A DNA stretch of 64,000 nucleotides, from contig CBDBZU010000004.1 in assembly GCA_965213625.1 (NCBI GenBank), forward strand, positions 960,001 to 1,024,000, read 5' to 3'. The stretch is from a bacterium (lineage in GTDB: Bacteria; UBA8248). The position numbers were made by a program, and so were the translations under genes. Positions 10,145 to 19,055 of the stretch are shown in pieces (the first letter of the stretch is position 1; each line of letters opens with the position of its first letter). The notes beneath the pieces are model-generated. The model did no database searches, was not told the origin of the DNA, and saw nothing but the letters and a program-made list of their open reading frames with translations.

Positions 10145-10234
10145 TTCAAAACCTCCAAATAATCATAAAATCACGCATAAACAACTATAATTTATCTAAA
10201 TATATTGTCTTTCTGCTCTGTCTTTATATTATTT

Positions 10235-11659
10235 TCATTTTCCGATGCAAAAAGTGGAAAATATCTTATCCAGCAAAGCCTGTCCATAGTCTCTTCCCAG
10301 GAGTTCTGCGAGCGCGGTTTGCGCCTCGTTCAGGTGAACCGCCACTAGTTCGGGGGAAAGCTCGCCCTCGGCGCCCGTCCGAGCGTTTCTAACCGCTTCC
10401 AGGCATTTCGCAATCTGGCCGTGGTGCCGCTCCCGCGTGAGAACGGATTCCGCGCCTGATAGACGATCCTCATCCATCAAAACATGCGCCACTTCCTCGC
10501 GCAACTCAGGGATTCCCTCACCCGTAAGCGCCGAGATGAAGAGCGACTCTCGCACATCCAGCGCGTGCTCACTCAAAATCGTGCGGGCGCGCGATTGCGC
10601 TTGAGGCGAGGCCTTATCCATCTTATTGAAAACAAATAAGTTTTTGCAACCTGGCATGCTCGCCTCCGCCGCCGCCCACCTGATTTCTTCATAACCCTCC
10701 GTCAGGTCCATCACCATCAGGCTCAAGTCCGCTTCTTCCGCCGCCTTGCGTGCGCGTTCGGTGCCTTCCAGCTCCACCGGGTCGCCCGTGTCGCGCAGGC
10801 CCGCCGTGTCGATGAGCCGCACCGGCGCGCCTCCAAAATCGCAGACTTCTTCCACGGTGTCGCGCGTGGTGCCCGGAATCTCGCTGGTAATGGCGCGATC
10901 CGCCCCCAAAAACACGTTCAGAAGGGTGGATTTCCCCGCGTTGGGCCTGCCGAGTATGGCCACGCGCGCGCCTTCCCTCAGTATCCTGCCAGAGCGGTAG
11001 CTCTCGATGAGCCGCGCGAGCGTTTCTTCTATCTCCGCGAAAAGCTCGGCCAGTTCTGCGCTTCCCATCGGAGCGCCCGAAACCGAAGGCCCAGCACCCG
11101 GCTCGAATTCGTCCGGGAAATCGATTGCCGCCTCGATGTGCGCGCCCGCCTCCACAATTTTCTCCCACACGCCTTCCAGCGCCTTTGAGAGGCGTCCTTC
11201 GAGGTGGTGGAGCGCGGCGCGCGCCGCCTTTTCGGTCTGGGCCGTGACGAGGTCGGCCACTGCTTCGGCCTGCAGGAGGTCGATCTTCCCCTCGAGGAAG
11301 GCGCGCCGGGTGAACTCGCCCTCTACCGCCGGCCTGGCGCCCATCTCACGTGCAAGACGCAGAATCGCACCTACGATGGCCGGGCCGCCGTGGCAGTGCA
11401 TCTCGACCACGTCCTCGCCGGTTACGGAATTCGGCGCCTGATGATAGAGCGCAAGTCCCTCATCGAATGCGTGGCCGTTATCCACAAAGCGCCCCAGCAC
11501 GGGTCGTCCTCTGGGAAAGGCGCTTCTTTCCTTGTTGGGCTGAAAAATACCCGTCAGGATGGAGAGCGACTTCGCGCCGCTCAGGCGGACGACCGCGATG
11601 GCCCCGCGCCCCGGCGCCGTCGAGAGCGCGAAGATGGTCTCTCTCTTGAAATCGCTCAT
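10235..11659 (-). CDS. mnmE: tRNA modification GTPase MnmE/TrmE
   Basis: GRPNAGKS, GTTRD, DTAG, NKMD, C-terminal FCIGK. Confidence 0.98.
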   Translation of the reverse strand: MSDFKRETIFALSTAPGRGAIAVVRLSGAKSLSILTGIFQPNKERSAFPRGRPVLGRFVDNGHAFDEGLALYHQAPNSVTGEDVVEMHCHGGPAIVGAILRLAREMGARPAVEGEFTRRAFLEGKIDLLQAEAVADLVTAQTEKAARAALHHLEGRLSKALEGVWEKIVEAGAHIEAAIDFPDEFEPGAGPSVSGAPMGSAELAELFAEIEETLARLIESYRSGRILREGARVAILGRPNAGKSTLLNVFLGADRAITSEIPGTTRDTVEEVCDFGGAPVRLIDTAGLRDTGDPVELEGTERARKAAEEADLSLMVMDLTEGYEEIRWAAAEASMPGCKNLFVFNKMDKASPQAQSRARTILSEHALDVRESLFISALTGEGIPELREEVAHVLMDEDRLSGAESVLTRERHHGQIAKCLEAVRNARTGAEGELSPELVAVHLNEAQTALAELLGRDYGQALLDKIFSTFCIGK

Positions 11660-11869
11660 CCGCTCTGCTTCTCCATCGCTGGTGGTTGCGCGCTCCCTTG
11701 AGCCGCGTTCGTCCGTAATGAAGCGGATTTACGGCTTTATTGCAAGGGCGGGCGGAAAGAGGCGTCTGGTGATCCGATCCGTCAATCAGGGATATGCCGT
11801 AGGGACTGGACCTAAGCGTCCGCCCGATCTGTTGCCGCTCGTCTCCGCACGAGGGATCACGCAGCCGTA

Positions 11870-12066
11870 GGGGGTTGTTGAATAAGTCCTCTCCGCCTCA
11901 TCCTGAGTAGCGGCGAAGCCGCGTATCGAAGGATGCCCTCTCGCCCGGCGCGAGACGTTCGTCTCCCCTCGCCCTTCGATACGCCGCCTTCGGCGGCTAC
12001 TCAGGGTGAGGAAAGAGGCGTTGGCGGTTTGCGGGGGTCGCAGACGGGGGTTTTTCAACAGCCCCC
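11870..12066. mobile_element. 197-bp MITE-like element with TIRs and 4-bp target duplication
   Basis: TIRs GGGGGTTGTTGAA / TTCAACAGCCCCC; CGTA at 11866-11869 and 12067-12070; long internal palindrome 11896-12011. Confidence 0.75.
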
Positions 12067-12067
12067 C

Positions 12068-12095
12068 GTAGGGACAGGTCGCGACCTGTCCCTAC
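12068..12095. repeat. 28-bp perfect REP palindrome
   Basis: Identical to 8157-8184. Confidence 0.9.
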
Positions 12096-12261
12096 AAAAC
12101 CGGTAACACAACTGAGGATGAGCGAAACGGAATCTGGGCGGAAAAAAACTGCCTCGGTTCTGGATTCCGGCATTCGCCAGTATGACGAGAAAAAACCAAT
12201 CAGGGAAATTGCGTATCGATTACGAGTATCTTGTATGCGCTGCTTGGTTGTGTGCCCGTCC

Positions 12262-13290
12262 CTACTTTTTCACTCCATGGTCCGCCAGTCCGCGCAGGAG
12301 GGTTTCGCGTGAGACGGCGCCGACGACGGCGCCGGCGGTGTCCACCACCCGCAACGGCGCAGCGCTATCGATGCACTTGGGAAGCATGTCCTGAAGCACG
12401 GTGTCGCGCGATACGACCGGACCGGTGGTCTCGCTGCACGGAGGCGTCATGATGGAGGCCGCCGTCACCACGCGGCCCCGCTTCACGTCGCGCACGAACT
12501 CGCGCACGTATTCGGTGGCCGGGTTGAGCAGAATCTCCTCCGGCCCGCCTATCTGGTCGATCACGCCGTCCTTCAAGATGGCGACGTCATCGCCCAGCTT
12601 GAGCGCCTCGTCCAGATCATGGGTGATGAACACGATGGTCTTCTTGAGGTCGCGCTGGAGCGCGATGAGGTGTTCCTGCATCTGCTTGCGGATGAGCGGG
12701 TCCAGAGCGCTGAAGGGCTCGTCCATAAGGAGAATCTCGGGGTCCGTGCACAGCGCGCGCGACAACCCCACCCGCTGTTGCATGCCGCCCGAGAGCTGGG
12801 CCGGATAGGCGTTCTCGTATCCGATGAGACCCACGTCCTCTATCCACCGCATCGCGCGCCGACGCCGCTCGGCAGGTTCCACCCCCTGGACTTCCAGGCC
12901 GTAGCCCACGTTCTCGATGACCGTCATGTGCGGAAAGAGCGCGAAACGCTGAAAGACCATGCTCACGGCGCCCCGGCGGAACGCGAGCAACTCCTCGGTC
13001 GAGAACTCGAGAACGTCCCGCCCGTCGACGAGTATCTGGCCCGTCGTCGGGTCGATCAGCCGGTTGATGTGGCGGATCAAAGTCGATTTTCCTGAACCCG
13101 AAAGGCCCATGACCACGAATATCTCGCCGCGCTCGACGGAGAGGCTCACGTCCTTTAAGCCCAGCGTGCAGCCGGTCTCGACCAGCACGTCGTTCTTCTC
13201 GACTCCCGATTGGGCCAGGTCGAGCGCCGTGTCCAGCGCGCGTCCCGTTCCGAATATCTTGTAGACGTTACGCACCTCGATCAGCGCCAT
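12262..13290 (-). CDS. proV: Glycine betaine/proline ABC transporter ATP-binding protein
   Basis: MGLSGSGKST, LSGGMQQRVGL, LMDEPFSALDPLIR. Confidence 0.92.
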   Translation of the reverse strand: MALIEVRNVYKIFGTGRALDTALDLAQSGVEKNDVLVETGCTLGLKDVSLSVERGEIFVVMGLSGSGKSTLIRHINRLIDPTTGQILVDGRDVLEFSTEELLAFRRGAVSMVFQRFALFPHMTVIENVGYGLEVQGVEPAERRRRAMRWIEDVGLIGYENAYPAQLSGGMQQRVGLSRALCTDPEILLMDEPFSALDPLIRKQMQEHLIALQRDLKKTIVFITHDLDEALKLGDDVAILKDGVIDQIGGPEEILLNPATEYVREFVRDVKRGRVVTAASIMTPPCSETTGPVVSRDTVLQDMLPKCIDSAAPLRVVDTAGAVVGAVSRETLLRGLADHGVKK

Positions 13291-13294
13291 CGGC

Positions 13295-14203
13295 TCAGCC
13301 CCTCACGTCCATGCGGATGAAGCGCCCGCCGTAAGCCTGGGTGACGCGGTCCATGACGATGGCGAGCAGCACAATGGCCACGCCGGCTTCGAGCGCGCGG
13401 CCGACGTTGAGCTGCTGGAGGCCGATGAGCACCTCGGTGCCGAGCCCCCGCGTTCCGATCATCGAGGCGATCACCACCATCGCGAGCGCCATCATCGTGG
13501 TCTGGTTGACCCCCTGCATAATGTTGGGCAGGGCCATCGGTATCTGCACGCGAAGGAGCTTCTGCCTCTTGCTCGCGCCCATGGCGTCGGAAGCTTCGAC
13601 GATGTCCTCATCCACCAGGCGGATGCCCAAGTCGGTCAGGCGTATCACCGGCGGGATGGCGTAGATAACCGTGGCGAAGACGGCGGGTACCGCGCCCAGG
13701 CCGAAGAGCATGATCGCCGGAATGAGATAGACGAAGCTCGGCATGGTCTGCATCAGGTCGAGTGCGGGCAGCACCATGTCGCGCATCCGGTCGTTTCTCG
13801 ATATCGCGATACCGACCGGAACGCCCACTCCGATGCAGATGAGGGTAGAAACCAGCATCACCGAAAGGGTCATCATCGACAAATCCCAGAGCCTGGGATC
13901 GGTGAGACCGATGAAGAACATACAGGCGGCCACGAGCGCGGTCAGGCCCCATTTGCGCCCGCTGGAATAGAATGTGACCGCTCCCACGCCGAGGAATACG
14001 ACAACCCACGGGAGGTCGCGCAGGAAGCGCTCCAGGCCCACCAGCACCACGAGTATGGCGTCCGAGGCGGTCTCGAAGATGACCCCGTACTCGGTGACCA
14101 GCCACTCCACGAAATCGTTGGTCCATCTGTTGAGCGGCAGGTTGAGATTCTTTGGCCACTCGACCGCCCACCCGGGGAACAGTCCGCGGATAAAATTCAT
14201 CAT
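13295..14203 (-). CDS. proW: Glycine betaine/proline ABC transporter permease
   Basis: LDLMQTMPSFVYLIP, RLTDLGI, GVNQTTMMALAMVVIASMIG. Confidence 0.92.
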   Translation of the reverse strand: MMNFIRGLFPGWAVEWPKNLNLPLNRWTNDFVEWLVTEYGVIFETASDAILVVLVGLERFLRDLPWVVVFLGVGAVTFYSSGRKWGLTALVAACMFFIGLTDPRLWDLSMMTLSVMLVSTLICIGVGVPVGIAISRNDRMRDMVLPALDLMQTMPSFVYLIPAIMLFGLGAVPAVFATVIYAIPPVIRLTDLGIRLVDEDIVEASDAMGASKRQKLLRVQIPMALPNIMQGVNQTTMMALAMVVIASMIGTRGLGTEVLIGLQQLNVGRALEAGVAIVLLAIVMDRVTQAYGGRFIRMDVRG

Positions 14204-14264
14204 GGGCGGACCTCCCCGGGACTTAACGCTGCTTCACGAGTGAAAAGCATCGCGCGGGCGCGGC

Positions 14265-15302
14265 TTACGTAGATTTGAGCGCCTCCTCGACCTTTTTCGC
14301 CACGTCGGCCGGAACCCATTTCTTCCAGACCTTATTGGTCTTCAGGAAATGGATTGCGGTGGTTTTGGCGTCGCCGCCGGCTTTGGTCTCGAGATAGGCC
14401 AGCATCCTTGAGACCTCTTTGGATGGAAGCGTGTATTTCTCGATGAAGGCGACGATCTCAGGGTGCTTGGCCGCGAACTTTGTCGTGACCGATTTCGGCA
14501 ACTCCGCCGTCCGGTAGGCTGTCGCCTTCTTCGGATTACCCAAGGCCTCCATTCCGCCCTTCTTGAGCGCGTCCATGTGCTTCACCACATCGTTCCAGTC
14601 GGCCTCGTTCCATTTGGGCTCTTCGAGCTGGACGAGATCAAGTTGTCCCAGGAGCGGCGTCGGCGCCCAGTAATAGGCGAGCACGGGCTTTTTCTTGAGA
14701 TACGCGCCCTTGATGGCCGCCGCGAGCGCGCCGCCCGAACCGGGCCGGAAATTGGTGAAGTGTTTTTCCAGCCCGTAGGCGCGCAACTTCACCGTGTTGA
14801 TGACCTCGCAGGACCAGCCGGGTATGCAGTTCACGAACCGGCCTTTCGAGGGTTCTTCGGGATCCTTGAAGAGGTGCTTGTATTTGGGCAGGTCGAAGAC
14901 CGATTTGAGGCCGGGATTCGCTTCCTGGACGAAGCGCGGGATGAACCAGCCCTGTATGCTGTCGGGCGTGTTGACCCCCACTTGTTTGACCTTGCCGCTC
15001 TTCATGGCGGGGTCGTACTGCGCCTTCACGTTGTCGTACCAAAGCTCCATGACAATGTCGTTCTTGCCCTCGTAGTGGGCCGTCATGATCGGCAGCGTGC
15101 CGCCGTAGATGAGCCGCACCCGGCAGCCGTAGCCGTGCTCCAGGATGAACGCGGTCACCTGATCGTGAAAGTTGGCGCTGTCCCAGTTCAGGTCGCCGAT
15201 GCGGACCCTGCAGGCGGCGTCCGCCCGGCTGGGAATGGATACGAGCGCCGCCGTCCCGATGGCGATGGTCAGAATGAAGATAAGAGCTGTTCTTGATTTC
15301 AT
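14265..15302 (-). CDS. proX: Glycine betaine/proline-type ABC substrate-binding protein
   Basis: Signal peptide; DLNWDSA, NCIPGWSC, YYWAPT; ATG at 15302. Confidence 0.85.
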   Translation of the reverse strand: MKSRTALIFILTIAIGTAALVSIPSRADAACRVRIGDLNWDSANFHDQVTAFILEHGYGCRVRLIYGGTLPIMTAHYEGKNDIVMELWYDNVKAQYDPAMKSGKVKQVGVNTPDSIQGWFIPRFVQEANPGLKSVFDLPKYKHLFKDPEEPSKGRFVNCIPGWSCEVINTVKLRAYGLEKHFTNFRPGSGGALAAAIKGAYLKKKPVLAYYWAPTPLLGQLDLVQLEEPKWNEADWNDVVKHMDALKKGGMEALGNPKKATAYRTAELPKSVTTKFAAKHPEIVAFIEKYTLPSKEVSRMLAYLETKAGGDAKTTAIHFLKTNKVWKKWVPADVAKKVEEALKST

Positions 15303-15629
15303 GGTTGGCCCCCTGTTCTCGTTATGCGTTCGGTCGATTCGAAGAAAGTTTCGGGGCCTCCTCGCAAGAGAAAGTCCAACCCCTCTCCCAGGGCCCCCTG
15401 TGAGATTGTATGAAGATTGATTATTCGGCGGCTTCGCACCGCCGGGTCTTGTTTTTAAACTTTCATAGTTTAATGAGGGCGGTGTGAAAACGCAAACAAC
15501 ACCCTTTCCGGTTCGGTTGCAAGCCACCGCGCGGCTCCGCAACTCCTCGTCCGGAAACTTCTCGCACCGAAATTATCGATCATGCTAACATCGCTCCAGT
15601 ATCGATATCCAGAAAAAAGTGAGGCGCTC

Positions 15630-16697
15630 ATGCCCGAGTCCAGATACGACCCGCATCGCGGCGAATGGACGCTCATCGCACCCGACAGGCGCGCGCGGCC
15701 CCATCCCGCCCATTACGCGAACGCCACGCCCGTAAAAGAGGACCCGGCTTGTCCTTTCTGCCCGGGCAACGAGCGCATGACGCCGCCCGAGATCGCGGCC
15801 ATTAGAGACGAGAGCGTGGAGAACGCGCCTGGTTGGAGCGCGCGCTGCGTGGCGAACAAATATCCCGCGGTGGGAAGCGGGGAACTCAAACGTGAAGAAG
15901 ATGACGTCTTCACCTCCCTTAAGGGTGGAGGACGCCACGAAGTGCTCATCGATTCTCCCCATCACACGAAGAGCCTCGCCGATCTGGGCGAAGCGCATGC
16001 GGGCGCCGTCCTCGGTCTGCTGCAAGAGAGGGCGCGAGAGCTCGCCGGAGCCCCCGGCGTTCGCTTCGTCTACGCCTTCAAGAATCATGGCGCGCAGGCG
16101 GGCGCATCCATCCTCCATTCGCACTTCCAGATACTCGGCCTCCCGATCCGCACCGGAACCGACGAGAAGAAACTCGAACAAGAGGCGGTCTTTTACGAGA
16201 AACGAAATGCCGCGCTTCTGGATCGCGTAATCGCGGCGGAGCGTGGGCGGGAAGAAAGGATCGTTGAATCGGGAGAAGAGGGCGCCGTCGTCTTCTGCCC
16301 GTGGGCGTCGCGTTTTCCCTATCTCGCCTGCATCGCCCCGTGGCCGACGGAAGCCTCGTTCGCCGGGAGCGCACCCGAAACGATCGCCGCGGTGGGCGCA
16401 GCGCTTGCGCGCACCTTAAAACGATATAAGGCGCTTCTCCACGACCCGCCCGTCAATCTTTCTATTTTGTTGGCGATGAATGACGTGGCGGAAACCCCCG
16501 AGGCGCATCGCTGGCATATCGAGCTTTTCCCGCGCCTCACGCCTCTGGCCGGCCTGGAGACGGGTCTGGGCGCGCACATCAACGAGGTGGCTCCCGAGCG
16601 CGCCGCCGATGAATTAAGAAATACCGCTCCCGGGGAGCTTGCCCCATCGTCTTCCACATCTTTTCCCTGTCTTCAAAGAGGACCCGGCCATGAATAA
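15630..16697 (+). CDS. galT: Galactose-1-phosphate uridylyltransferase (GalT/HIT-like)
   Basis: RxRPH, CPFCPGNE, NKYPA, NHGAQAGASILHSHFQ. Confidence 0.85.
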   Translation: MPESRYDPHRGEWTLIAPDRRARPHPAHYANATPVKEDPACPFCPGNERMTPPEIAAIRDESVENAPGWSARCVANKYPAVGSGELKREEDDVFTSLKGGGRHEVLIDSPHHTKSLADLGEAHAGAVLGLLQERARELAGAPGVRFVYAFKNHGAQAGASILHSHFQILGLPIRTGTDEKKLEQEAVFYEKRNAALLDRVIAAERGREERIVESGEEGAVVFCPWASRFPYLACIAPWPTEASFAGSAPETIAAVGAALARTLKRYKALLHDPPVNLSILLAMNDVAETPEAHRWHIELFPRLTPLAGLETGLGAHINEVAPERAADELRNTAPGELAPSSSTSFPCLQRGPGHE

Positions 16698-17745
16698 GAA
16701 GAAACCACAGAAAACCGTCTCTTTTCTCACGGGCGGGGATATCGCGCCCGACAGGGATTCGGCCAAGGGAATGTTCGGCCGCCTGGGGAACCTGTACCGC
16801 GACGCAGATTTTTCTTTCGCGAACCTCGAGAACGCGCTCTCGACGCGAGGAGAACTTATGAAAGGAAAGGCGACAAAGCATCGGGGACACCCCTCGCTCG
16901 TAGCGGGACTCGTGGATGCCGGCTTCGACGCGTTGGGAATCGCGAACAACCATCTGCTCGATTTCGGGGTTTCCTCACTCGAGGAAACCATGGTGACGCT
17001 GCGCCGCGCGAGGATCCCTTTCACGGGAGCGGGGATGGACCTGGAAGAAGCGAAAGCCCCCGTTGTGCTCGAACGCGGCGGGTTGAGAGTTGGCCTGCTC
17101 GCCTACTCATCCGTGTTGCCACAAGGCCACGCGGCCGGCCCGGAAGAGGCGGGTGTAAACCCACTGCGCGTCAGAACGTCCTACACGCCGCTCAGAAATC
17201 TGGATGAATACCCGGCTTCAGAACCCGTCATCCACTCATGGGCGGAGGCGGAAGACCTTTCTCGAATGAAGAAGGACATCCGATCCCTCAAGCGGCGGGC
17301 CGACCTCGTCTTCGTCTACCACCACTGGGGAGCAAGCATGCGCCACGAGGTGCACGAGCACCAAAGGGAGATCGGCCAAGCGGCGATCGACACGGGCGCC
17401 TGCGCCGTCTTCGGTGGACACCAGCACGTGCTCTCGGCGATCGAGTTCTACAAGGGACGGCCCATCGTCCATTGCACCGGGAATCTGATTTTCGATGAAA
17501 TCGAGCCTTTCTTCACGGAGGCGACGCTTCAAACATTCCTGCTGGGCGGGCGGATGGACAAGCAAGGGCTGAGCGATCTATACCTCATCCCCTGCCGCTG
17601 CGGCGTGGGCGGCGCGCCCAGGCCCCTTTCGCCGAAGCGCGGTGAGGGCCGCGCAATCGTGGATATGATGCAGAAATTCTCCGCCCCTTACGGGACGGAA
17701 ATTGCCGTCAGGGACGGGGAGGTGGCCGTCTCTCCGCTTGCGTAA
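16690..17745 (+). CDS. CapA/PGA_cap family metallophosphoesterase
   Basis: GGD, ANLE, ANNHLLDFG, HWG, GGHQHV, GNLIFD. Confidence 0.9.
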   Translation: MNKKKPQKTVSFLTGGDIAPDRDSAKGMFGRLGNLYRDADFSFANLENALSTRGELMKGKATKHRGHPSLVAGLVDAGFDALGIANNHLLDFGVSSLEETMVTLRRARIPFTGAGMDLEEAKAPVVLERGGLRVGLLAYSSVLPQGHAAGPEEAGVNPLRVRTSYTPLRNLDEYPASEPVIHSWAEAEDLSRMKKDIRSLKRRADLVFVYHHWGASMRHEVHEHQREIGQAAIDTGACAVFGGHQHVLSAIEFYKGRPIVHCTGNLIFDEIEPFFTEATLQTFLLGGRMDKQGLSDLYLIPCRCGVGGAPRPLSPKRGEGRAIVDMMQKFSAPYGTEIAVRDGEVAVSPLA

Positions 17746-17755
17746 GAACGCAAAA

Positions 17756-17773
17756 GGCCCGCCGTAGCGGGCC
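17756..17773. terminator. Hairpin between convergent genes (probable terminator)
   Basis: GGCCCGC-CGTA-GCGGGCC, preceded by AAAA. Confidence 0.55.
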
Positions 17774-17797
17774 CTTCCTCGCCGGAGTCGCTCGCTG

Positions 17798-18196
17798 CTA
17801 GAGCGCGCGCTCCATGAGGCTCCGGATGCTCGCCATGTCCACGTCGCCCGTCGAGCGGCCCTTCTCCTGCGCGCCCTTGAAGGCGATGATGGTCGACTGA
17901 AAGCGAACGCCGAGCGCCTTCGCAGAATCACGCTGGGTGTCGTAGTCCACCACGTATGTGGCGGCGTTTGCGAATTTCTTCTCTTTAATCAGGGACTGAA
18001 GCAGCGGCACCTGCTGCCTGCACGTCCCTCACCAGTCGGCATGGACAACCACGAAAATCGTCTTTCCGTCCTTTTGGGCCTGGGTGAACGCCTTGGCGTC
18101 ATAGGGCTTCCACCCATCGAGGGCGAGAGCGGCCTGCGGTAAAACCAGAATTGCGGCGAGCAAGACCAAACCAATCACAAGCAGGGAACGTCGCAT
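17798..18196 (-). CDS. Exported thioredoxin-like selenoprotein (W-U-G-T-C)
   Basis: ATG 18196 after GAGGAGG; signal peptide; in-frame TGA at 18031-18029 in HADW-U-GTC; frame continues into the C-terminal Trx half (ORF 17798-18010, VRFQSTIIAFKG); hairpin directly after TGA. Confidence 0.85.
17992..18028 (-). promoter_or_regulatory. Putative bacterial SECIS element
   Basis: GGGAC...GCAGC-AGGTGCC-GCTGC...GTCCC stem-loop starting immediately 3' of the UGA. Confidence 0.65.
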
Positions 18197-18283
18197 TTGC
18201 GTGCCTCCTCTGGTGTCTAGACGGCTATTAAACCTCGTGACTCGATAATACCACGAATTCGCACATTACTCTTTCATAGCCCG

Positions 18284-19042
18284 TTAGTTCACATACTGTC
18301 CGCCGTTCACGTCGATGGTCGCGCCGGTGACGTAGCCGCAGCCCGGCGTGGAGAAATACCATATCGCGTCGGCGATATCCTCAGGCTCCCCGCCGAAGCC
18401 TACGGGCAGGTTCGCCACTATCTGCGGCACGCGTTCCTGGTGCACCAGGCGAAAGCGCTTGGTGAGCGTCACGCCCGGGGCCACGGCATTCACCGTAATG
18501 CCGTGAGGGGCGAGTTCCGCCGCGAGCCTCCTCGTGAAGCCCTGCATCGCTGATTTCGCGGCGCTGTAGACAAGGGATACGTTCGCCAGGGCGTCGCGCG
18601 CGGAGATGGAGGATACGTTCACGATTCGGCCATAGCCCCGTTCTTTCATCGGGGCCGTCGCCGCCCGGGTGGCGAGATAGCAGCTTGTCAGGTTCCATTC
18701 GACAATCTTCTCCCACTCCGCCTCGTCGAGGTCCTCGATGTCGGACACCTCCACGAAACCGCCCGCGCAGTTCACGAGAATGTCGAGGCGGCCCCAGGTG
18801 CCGAGCGCCCGGGCGAACAGAAGATCGACGTCCTCTTTTTGCGCGGCGTCGCCCTGGACGTAGATGGCGTCGCCGTGCGCGCTCACCGTGGCCAGGGCCG
18901 CCGAGCCACGATCCGGATCGCGCCCGGTAATGACCACCTTCGCGCCCTCATCGGCGAATCGTATCGCCGTCGCCAGACCGATGCCGTCGGTCGCGCCGGT
19001 GACGATGGCGACGTGATCTTTTATCGATGACCGCTCATGCAC
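18284..19042 (-). CDS. SDR family oxidoreductase (FabG-like)
   Basis: VTGATDGIG, LVNCAG, YSAAK, NAVAPG, DVNGG. Confidence 0.92.
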   Translation of the reverse strand: MHERSSIKDHVAIVTGATDGIGLATAIRFADEGAKVVITGRDPDRGSAALATVSAHGDAIYVQGDAAQKEDVDLLFARALGTWGRLDILVNCAGGFVEVSDIEDLDEAEWEKIVEWNLTSCYLATRAATAPMKERGYGRIVNVSSISARDALANVSLVYSAAKSAMQGFTRRLAAELAPHGITVNAVAPGVTLTKRFRLVHQERVPQIVANLPVGFGGEPEDIADAIWYFSTPGCGYVTGATIDVNGGQYVN

Positions 19043-19055
19043 GCGATTGTCCTTT

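Noticed and set aside
658-12095. Recurrent 28-47 bp palindromes as a CRISPR array
   Set aside because: Dispersed between genes, no regular repeat-spacer period and no cas genes; they fit REPs.
17989-18174. 61-aa ORF, and the 70-aa ORF 17798-18010, as separate genes
   Set aside because: Explained by the single UGA-readthrough thioredoxin; the 61-aa ORF is in a different frame.
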